From Eledone cirrhosa (Eukaryota), in the NCBI GenBank assembly GCA_964016885.1, contig OZ024754.1, positions 17,856,001-17,920,000 of the forward strand: a stretch of DNA of 64,000 nt. The letters run 5' to 3'. A program made the translations under genes and the position numbers. Every line of letters starts with the position of its first letter. The stretch's first letter is position 1. This document shows positions 25,016-36,545 of this stretch, piece after piece. The notes below the pieces were generated by a model that was not told where the DNA came from, did not search any database, and saw nothing but the letters and a program-made list of their open reading frames with translations.

Positions 25016-25992
25016 TCTCCTATATATATCATCGTTTAACGCTAGCATAGAAGGGCCCCAGTACTCAACTGATACATTATCTTATCACAGAAGAATGAAA
25101 AGACAAAGTTGACCATTTGATGTAAAGAGCCAGAACAACACTGATGCTCTACCGATTCTGCCAATCACCCACCTTAATTATCTATCAAAGGTAAAGACCC
25201 CCTTCAGTCACAAATGGCCATGGAATTTACACCTAGAAAGTTTGGTGTTAGGAAGGGCATCCAACCATAGAAAACCTGTCAGATACAGTCCTATACGAGC
25301 TAGACATGGTCACTCGATCAATCCTGCCTCAAGTGGGACAATTCCCATCTAACCAATGCTAGCGTGGAAGATATCCACTAAACAATGATGATGATGAAAG
25401 TTTCCCTCTGAGGCATAAGTCAAGGCAAGGTTGTTTGTGGGAGACCAGCAGTCACTCATGCATACCAGCCACACCTCTCCATGCCAACGATGATGTCCAA
25501 GGGAAAGACAATGGCTGATACAGCTTGACAGCAATCACGTCATAGCTCATTTCCAAAGCTGAGTAAACTCAATATTGACCTAATTTCATGTAAGGTATAT
25601 TTTGATATTCCAAATGATGTGAAGGAAAGAAACACATTAGTTGATCACAATAATGTTAGGGTTCTGCATTTGCCTTCATCTGATGAGACCAAAAATCTCA
25701 AAATTTCTGGTAATAAGACTTGCAGAAAAGAAATAACAAACTATCACAATATTGAGTATATGGCAAATGAATAAATACATTTATAGAATTAGTGGTTAGC
25801 TTGTAGCAAATAAAAAATAATCTTACCCTTTCTTGTACTCTAAGGAGTGAAGTGAACAAAAGATAGATATTGTTAAAATAGATACACACCCTACACATCT
25901 CATTTAACTTCTTTTTTTCCATGTTGGCATGAATTGGACACACACATTTTATGTGAGATGGCCTACAACAAGAACTAAATGGACTCCATTAA

Positions 25993-27065
25993 CCCTTAGT
26001 GTTCAACTGCCCGAAACCGGCCGAAGTTATTTCCCCTTTATTTGTTCAAACCGCCCGAAACTGGCCGATAACACCCACACTAAAATATCATTCTAAAAAT
26101 AAACAAACCATCATTAAAATTTCGTCAATTCGACATTACTGCGAGATTAGGCCCTTACCACGAAAATTAACACTTAATATAATGAAACAACTTAAAACAA
26201 CATGTGTTTTTTGAACGTTGAAAGTAGAACAGATTTTTTGTGTATCAACATGGCTTATGAAAGTAGCGATACTGACTTTGAAGATTTTTACACACGACGA
26301 CTTTCAAAATGAACAAGAAACAAAATATAATGAATCAGATGTTTACATTTCTGAAATTTCATTCGACGATGATTGTTGTTTTGAAAGTGAAAACGAAGGA
26401 GATCTCCAGGACGCCATTGAAAATATTACAGCAACGTGGTAAAATACCACACCAATATATGTTCCCGATTTTATTCAAAATACTGGTCCACAATACACAT
26501 TAGCTCCCGATGCTAAAGCACTGGATTATTTCTTTTTGTTTTTACCACAAACTTTCTTCGAAGTTGTGGCAGAAGGGATTAATCGATATGCCAAACAACA
26601 GATTTCAAATCGAGGAAAACCTGATCTGTTTGGTGACCGACAGATGCTGCGGAAATGCAAGCATTTTTTACCATAAATATTATGTTTGGTATAAAACAAT
26701 TTCCAAGACTGTGGAATTACTGGAGTACTGATATAAGGTTTAGTGATCCTTATATATCAAGTATTATACCGAAAACAACGTATTTAAAATTAAACCAGTA
26801 TTTGCACCTGGTTGATACTTCAAATGCCCCTATTAATTAATTTCACCTGCCCATAAAAGTCAAATTTGACCAAAAAAATCAGGTAAAATTATATAATTGT
26901 AAATTATTGATATTTAAACATCTACTGACAAAATTTCAAGCCTGCACATAGAAAATTAAGAAAATTACATACAAATAAAATTGATAACCCTCTTGAGTAT
27001 GATTAACTCAAAATAATGCGAACAGATAAGCATAACATTTGAAAATTAATGCGAATGCTAAAAGG
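25993..27065 (+). mobile_element. piggyBac transposon, internally deleted
   Basis: TTAA|CCCTTAG ... CTAAAAGG|TTAA termini. Acidic N-terminus and DDE_Tnp_1_7-like fragment (DYFFLF..INRYA..EMQAFF..YWSTD..YLHLVD). Confidence 0.85.
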
Positions 27066-27122
27066 TTAAAAAAAGGAAAAGAAATAAAACAAAGAATGAG
27101 GAAGAAACCCCAAACTAGTTTA

Positions 27123-27315
27123 CACCTTTAGCATTTAAACCGGCCATATCTGGCCAGAATTCTCACTCCTCTCTGTTCAAACCAGCCCTCATACCAATGC
27201 TAAGGTATTGTTCTCAAAATAAATAACATCAAAATCTCGAAGCTTCGATATTATGTGAGGTAAAGCCTTTACCACAAAAATACAATAGTAAATATAGAGT
27301 AATGTTAAAGGGTTA
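27123..27315 (+). mobile_element. ~190-bp piggyBac-type MITE. Other copies or fragments at ~13881, 22245, 31733, 32027, 34790-35030 and 54282-55235
   Basis: Termini (TTAA)CCCTTTAGCATT...AATG(C/T)TAAAGGG(TTAA) and a shared body aaaccggccatatctggccagaattctc. Confidence 0.8.
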
Positions 27316-27463
27316 AGGGTGAAAATCTTTGTAAAACTGACCATCTTCAACAGAAAAATAAATATAGCAAAAAATGAAACATCTGGTATCCTCTCAAACA
27401 TAATTTAACAACTCTTGAATATAGAACGTGTAACATATTTTTCTTTGTTCATATTTAACTTAC

Positions 27464-27550
27464 TAAAATTGTAGATTGTCCTTTCTGCCTGCGACGAGCT
27501 AACTTGGGCGTGTGGTTTATATTAAATGCTATGCTTGGTCGACCAGTATA
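27464..27550 (-). CDS. NUMA1: NuMA-like gene tail exon with CDK1-type TPK motif
   Basis: Acceptor cttttcag|TAT, donor TTA|gtaagt. 87 nt. YTGRPSIAFNINHTPKLARRR resembles human NuMA RRQSMAFSILNTPKK (recalled). Confidence 0.9.
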
Positions 27551-27796
27551 CTGAAAAGCAATATATAAAAATAGTAAAAGTTTATTCTCAATACATGTGT
27601 TTGAACTCAGAAAGTTGGCTTAAAAACCATTGGTAATTACATAGATATGAAAAACAAAATTAAGTAATGAGAAAAAAATGGAGAAGGGGTAAAGAAGGGC
27701 AGATCCCCCAAACTATATCACATACATTTCACTTAAATTCTAATATATTCTTCCAAGAGTTTATTTTTTAAGTCAGAAATGTCTGAAAGATCTCAC

Positions 27797-27928
27797 CTCC
27801 TTCTGTTTAACTGGTGTGTTTACTCGTGATCGTTTATCAGAATTGGTGGTGTTTTCTTCGTTCATCTTTTTAATTCTCAGTTGCCGAGTGTTGCTAACAT
27901 TTTCAATTCTACCATCAATACGATTTTT
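27797..27928 (-). CDS. NUMA1: NuMA-like gene tail exon
   Basis: Acceptor tctttag|AAA, donor GAG|gtgaga. 132 nt, phase 0/0. KNRIDGRIEN...VNTPVKQKE. Confidence 0.85.
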
Positions 27929-28044
27929 CTAAAGATTCAGATGAAAGAAAGTACAAAAAAAAAAAAGATGACCAAGAAGAAAAACAAAACAACAATATGA
28001 AACAAGCATTAGTGATATATTTTAGCACTTAGGTCTCATGTGTT

Positions 28045-31000
28045 GGTGTCACAACAAAAAGCACTCAGCCCATACTGTAAAGTGGTTGTGTGGGTGTCAC
28101 AACAAAAAGCATCCAGTCCACACTGTAACGTGGACGTGTGGGTGTCACAACAAAAAGCATCCAGTCCACACTGTAACGTGGACGTGTGGGTGTCACAACA
28201 AAAAGCATCCAGTCCACACTGTAACGTGGACGTGTGGGTGTCACAACAAAAAGCACTCAGCCCGCACTGTAAAGTGGTTGTGTGGGTGTCACAACAAAAA
28301 GCACTCAGCCCACACTGTAATGTGGTTGTGTGGGTGTCACAACAAAAAGCACTCAGCCCACACTGTAATGTGGTTGTGTGGGTGTCACAACAAAAAGCAC
28401 TCAGCCCACACTGTAATGTGGTTGTGTGGGTGTCACAACAAAAAGCACTCAGCCCACACTGTAATGTGGTCGTGTGGGTGTCACAACAAAAAGCACTCAG
28501 CCCGCACTGTAATGTGGACGTGTGGGTGTCACAACAAAAAGCACTCAGCCCGCACTGTAAAGTGGTTGTGTGGGTGTCACAACAAAAAGCACTCAGCCCG
28601 CACTGTAATGTGGACGTGTGGGTGTCACAACAAAAAGCACTCAGCCCGCACTGTAATGTGGTTGTGTGGGTGTCACAACAAAAAGCACTCAGCCCACACT
28701 GTAATGTGGACGTGTGGGTGTCACAACAAAAAGCACTCAGCCCACACTGTAAAGTGGTTGTGTGGGTGTCACAACAAAAAGCACTCAGCCCACACTGTAA
28801 AGTGGTTGTGTGGGTGTCACAACAAAAAGCACTCAGCCCGCACTGTAATGTGGTTGTGTGGGTGTCACAACAAAAAGCACTCAGCCCACACTGTAATGTG
28901 GTTGTGTGGGTGTCACAACAAAAAGCACTCAGCCCGCACTGTAATGTGGTTGTGTGGGTGTCACAACAAAAAGCACTCAGCCCACACTGTAATGTGGTTG
29001 TGTGGGTGTCACAACAAAAAGCACTCAGCCCGCACTGTAATGTGGTCGTGTGGGTGTCACAACAAAAAGCACTCAGCCCGCACTGTAATGTGGACGTGTG
29101 GGTGTCACAACAAAAAGCACTCAGCCCGCACTGTAATGTGGTTGTGTGGGTGTCACAACAAAAAGCACTCAGCCCACACTGTAATGTGGTTGTGTGGGTG
29201 TCACAACAAAAAGCACTCAGCCCGCACTGTAATGTGGTTGTGTGGGTGTCACAACAAAAAGCATCCAGTCCACACTGTAATGTGGTCGTGTGGGTGTCAC
29301 AACAAAAAGCACTCAGCCCACACTGTAAAGTGGTCGTGTGGGTGTCACAACAAAAAGCACTCAGCCCGCACTGTAATGTGGTTGTGTGGGTGTCACAACA
29401 AAAAGCACTCAGCCCGCACTGTAATGTGGTTGTGTGGGTGTCACAACAAAAAGCACTCAGCCCGCACTGTAATGTGGTTGTGTGGGTGTCACAACAAAAA
29501 GCATCCAGTCCACACTGTAAAGTGGTTGTGTGGGTGTCACAACAAAAAGCACTCAGCCCACACTGTAAAGTGGTTGTGTGGGTGTCACAACAAAAAGCAC
29601 TCAGCCCGCACTGTAATGTGGTTGTGTGGGTGTCACAACAAAAAGCATCCAGTCCACACTGTAATGTGGTCGTGTGGGTGTCACAACAAAAAGCACTCAG
29701 CCCACACTGTAAAGTGGTTGTGTGGGTGTCACAACAAAAAGCACTCAGCCCACACTGTAAAGTGGTTGTGTGGGTGTCAACAAAAAGCACTCAGCCCGCA
29801 CTGTAATGTGGTTGTGTGGGTGTCACAACAAAAAGCATCCAGTCCACACTGTAATGTGGTCGTGTGGGTGTCACAACAAAAAGCACTCAGCCCGCACTGT
29901 AATGTGGACGTGTGGGTGTCACAACAAAAAGCATCCAGTCCACACTGTAATGTGGTCGTGTGGGTGTCACAACAAAAAGCACTCAGCCCACACTGTAAAG
30001 TGGTTGTGTGGGTGTCACAACAAAAAGCACTCAGCCCGCACTGTAATGTGGTTGTGTGGGTGTCACAACAAAAAGCATCCAGTCCACACTGTAATGTGGT
30101 CGTGTGGGTGTCACAACAAAAAGCACTCAGCCCACACTGTAAAGTGGTTGTGTGGGTGTCACAACAAAAAGCACTCAGCCCGCACTGTAATGTGGTCGTG
30201 TGGGTGTCACAACAAAAAGCACTCAGCCCGCACTGTAATGTGGACGTGTGGGTGTCACAACAAAAAGCACTCAGCCCGCACTGTAATGTGGTTGTGTGGG
30301 TGTCACAACAAAAAGCACTCAGCCCGCACTGTAATGTGGTTGTGTGGGTGTCACAACAAAAAGCACTCAGCCCGCACTGTAATGTGGACGTGTGGGTGTC
30401 ACAACAAAAAGCACTCAGCCCGCACTGTAATGTGGTTGTGTGGGTGTCACAACAAAAAGCACTCAGCCCGCACTGTAATGTGGTTGTGTGGGTGTCACAA
30501 CAAAAAGCACTCAGCCCGCACTGTAATGTGGTTGTGTGGGTGTCACAACAAAAAGCACTCAGCCCGCACTGTAAAGTGGTTGTGTGGGTGTCACAACAAA
30601 AAGCACTCAGCCCACACTGTAATGTGGTCGTGTGGGTGTCACAACAAAAAGCACTCAGCCCACACTGTAATGTGGTCGTGTGGGTGTCACAACAAAAAGC
30701 ACTCAGCCCGCACTGTAATGTGGTTGTGTGGGTGTCACAACAAAAAGCACTCAGCCCGCACTGTAAAGTGGTTGTGTGGGTGTCACAACAAAAAGCACTC
30801 AGCCCGCACTGTAATGTGGTTGTGTGGGTGTCACAACAAAAAGCACTCAGCCCGCACTGTAATGTGGTTGTGTGGGTGTCACAACAAAAAACACTCAGCC
30901 CGCACTGTAATGTGGTTGTGTAGGTGTCACAACAAAAAGCACTCAGCCCACACTGTAAAGTGGTTGTGTGGGTGTCACAACAAAAAGCACTCAGCCCACA

Positions 31001-31103
31001 CTGTAAAGTGGTTGTGTGGGTGTCACAACAAAAAGCACTCAGCCCGCACTGTAATGTGGTCGTGTGGGTGTCAACAAAAAGCACTCAGCCCGCACTGTAA
31101 TGT
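28045..31103 (+). repeat. 48-bp minisatellite (~64 copies), intronic, SINE-derived
   Basis: Unit ggtgtcacaacaaaaagcactcagccc(a/g)cactgtaa(t/a)gtggttgtgtg. A dispersed single-copy homologue is at ~62247. Confidence 0.97.
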
Positions 31104-31368
31104 GCCTGAATTAGAAACAAATAATTTTAGGTTTCAGTAGATATTTGTCTTGTATTAAGTTGAAAGGGCAGTGGGTTGACAATAATTTTAGAGCGTCAGA
31201 CAACATGCTTTGCAGCATATAGTTACATCCCTTTACATTCTGAGTTCAAATCCCACCAAGGATGAGATGCCATATCCCTTTCAGCTCATGAGTCATCACT
31301 GACCCTCTTACTTCCAGCATACCATCCAAAATAGAAGAGAGTGAGAAGGTAAAGATAAAAGATGTTAC

Positions 31369-31580
31369 CTGAGAGACAGGACTCTTCCGTTTCCGCTTGC
31401 TTGAAGATCTTGACAGGGTGATGTCAGTATTGAGGGGACTGGGAATATTCTGTAGCTCAGCAGGATATGTTGAACGAAGGTGTGCAGGTACCATAGTGTT
31501 TCGACGTTTTATTTCACTCAGTCTTCCCCAGTCATACATGTTAGGTTCATCTTCACAGGAAAACATCTTGCCACAGCCAG
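31369..31580 (-). CDS. NUMA1: NuMA-like gene exon with LGN/Pins-binding and NLM motif plus a basic NLS-like stretch
   Basis: Acceptor ttctcag|CT, donor CAG|gtaaca. Encodes FSCEDEPNMYDWGRLSEIKRRNTMVPAHLRSTYPAE, resembling human NuMA CQDEPEQLDDWNRIAELQQRNRVCPPHLKTCYPLE (recalled), followed by SSKRKRKSP. Confidence 0.92.
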
Positions 31581-32164
31581 CTGAGAATAAAAATGGAACA
31601 AAAGTGATTTTTGTGACATTGTAGAAATTGGATTTTATATCAGAGGAGAATTCAGCAAAGTTGTTTTCTCACAATGTTTGGCTTTCCAGGAAAACTAAGT
31701 ATAATTTCTTTAGGGTTTTTCTTTTTAAATGTTTAACCCTTAACATTTAAACAGGCTGTATCCAGCCAGAATTCTCTCACTTCTTTCTGTTCAAACTGGC
31801 TGTAACAAGCCACTCATACTGACATTGAGATATTGTTCTCAAAATCTTGTAGATTTGATATTATGAAAGATAATTATGTAAGATAAAGCCTTTACCACAA
31901 AATTAGTATATATAGAGTAATGTAAATGCTAACGGTTTAAGAGCTTTGTCAAAAAGAAGGGGAGAAGACATAACTTTTGCAGTTTCTTTAACACTGGTGA
32001 AATTGATAGGGTTAACTTTTAGTTTAAGCCTTTAGTATTTAAACCGGCCATATTCGACCAGAATTCTCTCACCTCTTCCTGTTAAAACCAGTCGTAACCA
32101 ACCATTAATATTAACATTAACCCTTTAACATTTACATTATACTATATACACTATTGTATTTTCA

Positions 32165-34778
32165 CAGAATTTCTTACGTGACAGCTTACTGCAGGCTACT
32201 GAAGAAACTTGTGGCTGGAGCAGAGCTCCGACCAGAGAGAGTGACATAGTGGTGGAACAACACGGTAGATAGGGCCATTAGAGACAAAAGACTAGCATGG
32301 AACGCTTGGAAAAATAGTGGGGTAGAGAAGGATATACAGCCGCTAAGAGAGAAGCTAGACGTCAGGTGTACTTAGCACGCACAGAGGCTGAGAGTAGGAG
32401 GTTTGCCAATGTCCTGCAACGGGAAGATCAGAAACGTGCAGTGTTCCACAATGCAAGGCAGTGTATCAATGGAAATCAGGATGTTGTTGGAGATAAATGT
32501 ATCCAGAATAATGCCGGTGTACACGAATGATGGGGTAGAGAAGGATATACAGCCGCTAAGAGAGAAGCTAGACGAATGATCAGAAAAAGGAGGCCTGGAA
32601 ATATCATTACGAGAGGCTGATGATGGGGAAAACGAATGGGAGAGAGAGAAACTACCCCCAGTAGACCCGAGGAACCAGCTATTGACATTGACATTGACAA
32701 ATATAGAGTCCGAGAGGCAATTAAGGAAATTAAAAATGGTAAAGGCAGCTGGACCGTCGGGGATAGTTGCTAAAATGAGGAAGGCATCAGGAAAAGTAGA
32801 TACTAAACAGGTTGCACGCATCGTCAATCAAGCTATATATGGTGAAGTCATACTCAAAGACTGGTGCAGCAGTATTCTCATAAATTGCTACAAAGCTAAA
32901 GGGGATGCTCTGGAGAGGAGCAATTATAGAGGCTTAAAACTGATGGATCAGGTTATGAAAGTGGCAGAAAGGATATTAGCGCAACTAATTAGAGAAAGGG
33001 TCAAACTAGATGAGATGCAGTTTGGTTTTGTGCCTGGGAAAAGTACAACAGAAGCCCTCTTCTTAGTGAGACCACTGCAAGAGAGGTTCTTAGAGAAGAA
33101 TAAGCTATTATACTTAGCTTTTGTTGACCTAGAGAAGGCCTTTGATAGGGTACCCGATCTGTCATCTGGTGCTCCCTAAGGAAACTAGGTGTTGAAGAAT
33201 GGCTTGTGAGGACAGTGCAAGCTATGTACAGAGGTGTTGTCAATAAAGTGAGGGTAGGAATGGTGTTTCGTGAGGAATTCCAAATACAAGTAGGAGTACA
33301 TCAGGGTTCGGTCCTCAGCCCACTCTTGTTCATTATAGTCCTCCAAGCCATAACAGAGGAGTTTATGACTGGCTCCCCATGGGAACTTCTCTAAGCTGAC
33401 GATCTGGTTCTTATAGCAGAATCAGTAGAGGAGCTAGAGAATAAATTCCAGCTGTGGAAACAGCTGTTGGAAGCAAGAGGACTGAGAGTGAACCCAGCTA
33501 AGACAAAAGTGTTGATAAGTAGAAAAGAGGATGTAGTGACCCCTAGCGGTGAAATCCAGAACTCATGAGAGTTACGTCCTTTGGGGTCTGTAGTGACCCC
33601 TAGTGTCAACAACAGGAGGTAATTGGAGTTACGTCTCCATGGGGACTATATATTGAGACAGCGAGAGACCTCTTCCCCTTTTTACCCGCAGCAGCCCTGG
33701 AGAACGGAGGCGACTTTGCCTTCTCCACTTTAGCCTTCACCCACAACACGTGAAGTGAAGATACCAAAAGCAACTCTTTTTACTACCAACAGCCTCATGA
33801 ACCAACTACACAAATAACATTGTCAACCTTCACAACTCGTGGTAATATGCTTATTGTCCTTTTTTGACTTCAAGGAAGTATATAAACCAAAAAGCCATTC
33901 TTGTTATTTCAACAACAACTATTATCTGTACTAATACCATTCGTCTAAAAGTATAAAACTCTGATTCCATCAGGGAAATGGCCATGTTCGAGATGTAGAA
34001 AAGGAACTGGCATAAATTCTATAAAATGCACACAATGCAGATACTGGGTACTCAAGAGATGTAGTGGGATAGCAGGCAAACTAACAGGTACGGAAAAATA
34101 CATATGCAGTAGATGTACAGGGAAATTAGATAGTAGAAGTTGCATTGATAGACACATTTTTCCAATGCAGGCGGGTGCTATAGAAGTCGTTGATAGCTTC
34201 CGGTACCTAGGTGATTAGATTAGCATGGGAGGGGTGTGTTCCAAGGCCATAGTATCTAGAATAAGGACGGGTTGGAAGAAGTTTAGGTAGTTGCTTCCTC
34301 TGTTGACAAAGAAGGGTTTCTCCCTGCGTACGAAGGCCGGTTATATGATGCCTGTATGAGATGCGTGATGCGGCATGGTAGTGAGACATGGGCAGCAACT
34401 GCAGAGGATATGGGACAGCTGGAGAGAAATGGTGTAATGTCAATGTACGTGAACGGCCAAGCATGGATGAGTTGAGAGAGAAACTGTGTATAAGGGGGAT
34501 AAGTTGTGGTGTGCAGGAGAGAAGACTGAGATGGTATGAACATGTGATAAGCATGGAGGATGACCGCTGAGTAAAGAAGTGCCAAGAAATGCCAGTAGAA
34601 GGAAGACGTGGTAGAGGTAGACCACAAAAAACATGGGTGGAGGTGGTGAGAGCGGACCTCAGATCGCTGAAGCTTACGGAGATGACAAAGGACAGTGACA
34701 AGTGAAGAGATGCTGTGCGAAATAGGACCCGTCCCACCCTTGAAGCAGGGAAAACCAGACGTAAAATGATGATGATGA
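32165..34778 (+). mobile_element. Decayed RTE-clade LINE interrupted by a solo LTR
   Basis: KAAGPSGI, NYRGLKL, QFGFVPGKST, VDLEKAFDRV and QGSVLSPLLF motifs, ending in a (GAT)n tail. Confidence 0.9.
33532..33949 (+). mobile_element. Solo LTR of the Gypsy family found at 36546-40697 and 57492-60450
   Basis: Starts TGTAGTGACCCCTAG and is colinear with the other two LTRs. Flanks are agga/agta (4-bp TSD with one mismatch). Interrupts the RTE sequence. Confidence 0.88.
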
Positions 34779-35264
34779 CAGTAAACACTTTAATCTCACA
34801 TAATATCAAATCTGAGATTTTGATATTATTTAATGTCGGTATGAGCAGCTGGTTACAGTCGGTTTGAACGGAAAGAGGTGAGGGAATTCTGGCAGGTTAC
34901 GGCCGGTTTAAATGCTAAAGGGTAAGGTACTATTCTCAAAATAAATAATATCAAAATCTCGTAGAGTCGATATTCTGTGAGGTAAAGGCTTTTCTGTGAA
35001 AATACAATAGTAAATATAGAGTAATGCGAAGTTAATATCTTGCAGTAAAAAAAATAAATGGAAAGCGAATTCCAGTGAAAACTCTCCTCTGTTCAGAAGA
35101 ATTGTTGTTGTTATAGCTCACAAAGCATTAAAAGTTCCACTGAATGGTTGAGAAATATTAGAAGGGATGTTATAGCTCACACCTATGTAGGTTTAGCTGG
35201 TCTCCTACAAGGTTATATCTCATAGGTTTCTTGGGTGTTTTAATCATTGGAACCCCTCCCCCAC

Positions 35265-35442
35265 CAGTCCTACCATAACCACACTTCCCTCCCTGACAGG
35301 ACACCATTCCATTACTGTGGTCCCCCAGTCCTACCATAACCACACTTCCCTCCATCACAGGACACCATTCCATTACTGTGGTCCTCCAGTCCTACCATAA
35401 CCACACTTCCCTCCCTGACAGAGCACCATTCCATTACTGTGG
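35265..35442 (+). repeat. ~61-bp tandem repeat, 3 copies
   Basis: Unit ccagtcctaccataaccacacttccctcc...ccattccattactgtgg. Confidence 0.85.
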
Positions 35443-35625
35443 TTAACCTACCAGCTTCTGTCACTGTTATTTTATTATATTTTCAGTTGAGCAGAGTTGG
35501 GCAATGTAAACAAAGTGCTCAAGAATACAACACTCTACCCTTGTCTTGGAATCAAACTTAGTTATATGAAGTGACATAAAGAGAAATAAGAATTGAGTAA
35601 TTAGTCTGAGTATTAGAATACTTAC

Positions 35626-35687
35626 AAGGTACTGGCGTCTTGGATGATGTTGATGTATTAGAAATAATGGACTTTGTACTGAACGTA
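35626..35687 (-). CDS. NUMA1: NuMA-like gene exon
   Basis: Acceptor ttttttccag|T, donor CCT T|gtaagt. 62 nt, phase 2/1, bridging both neighbours in frame. Confidence 0.8.
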
Positions 35688-36161
35688 CTGGAAAAAATTG
35701 AATAAATATATATTTTAACTGCTTTATCTTGCATAGTTTATAAATGGAAAATTTCTACAGCTGGATGCCCTTCCTGATGCCAACCCAAAGTGTCAAGTAT
35801 GGTAGAGATTTACCAGTGTTTGGAAGGTGAAAACATACACAAACACACATACAAACAACAGACTTTCAAAGTTCCCATCTACCAAATTTATATGTAAGGC
35901 ATTGGTCAACCCGAGGTTATAGCAGAAGACACCAAAAACCTGGAACTTCATGTTTTATAAAGAAACCTCTAAACCACACAACCATATCTGGTCTACAGCA
36001 ACTCAATGAACTGTTAAAAATACAGGCAGAACAACTTCTAACAGGTCATTAGAATTTCTAGTAATGCAAACTAGTTATATTACTAAATCCCCGCCTCCAA
36101 ATTCTTTATAATTGATGATGATGATGATGTTAATAAAAACTAAAATGTTTAGACAACCAAC

Positions 36162-36282
36162 CTTATTGGTGATATGTTGCAATCTTTTACTTTCATCTTG
36201 TTCCAGTATTCACTAGGTCTGGACCTCAAGTCATAGGGAACTTTCTTCATTGTACTTGAAGCTGGACTTTCCAAAGAATCAT
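36162..36282 (-). CDS. NUMA1: NuMA-like gene exon (start of S/T/P-rich tail)
   Basis: Acceptor ttctag|AT, donor ATA AG|gttggt. 121 nt, phase 1/2. DSLESPASSTMKKVPYDLRSRP...ISPI. Confidence 0.75.
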
Positions 36283-36545
36283 CTAGAATTTAAAAAAAAT
36301 AATTTAAATTAACAAATCAAATATTGTAACAGTTGAGACTAATTTTAATAATAATTAATCTATCAATACTATTCTATACACTGATTGATCTATACTAATT
36401 GACTAAGTATTATAGACATGTAGCTACTAATTGACTAAGTAATACTTTATCCTCCTAGAATTATAGACATGTAGCTACAAATTTACATTTCCTAGTTGGT
36501 TTGGATTTTATTTTAACTTTTTAATCCTTCTGAAACTGTCTCTGG

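Noticed and set aside
28036-31140. Long Cys/His-rich ORFs (up to 961 aa) on both strands
   Set aside because: They are translations of a 48-bp minisatellite whose unit is a multiple of 3. They are open in several frames, frameshifted mid-array, intronic and SINE-derived.
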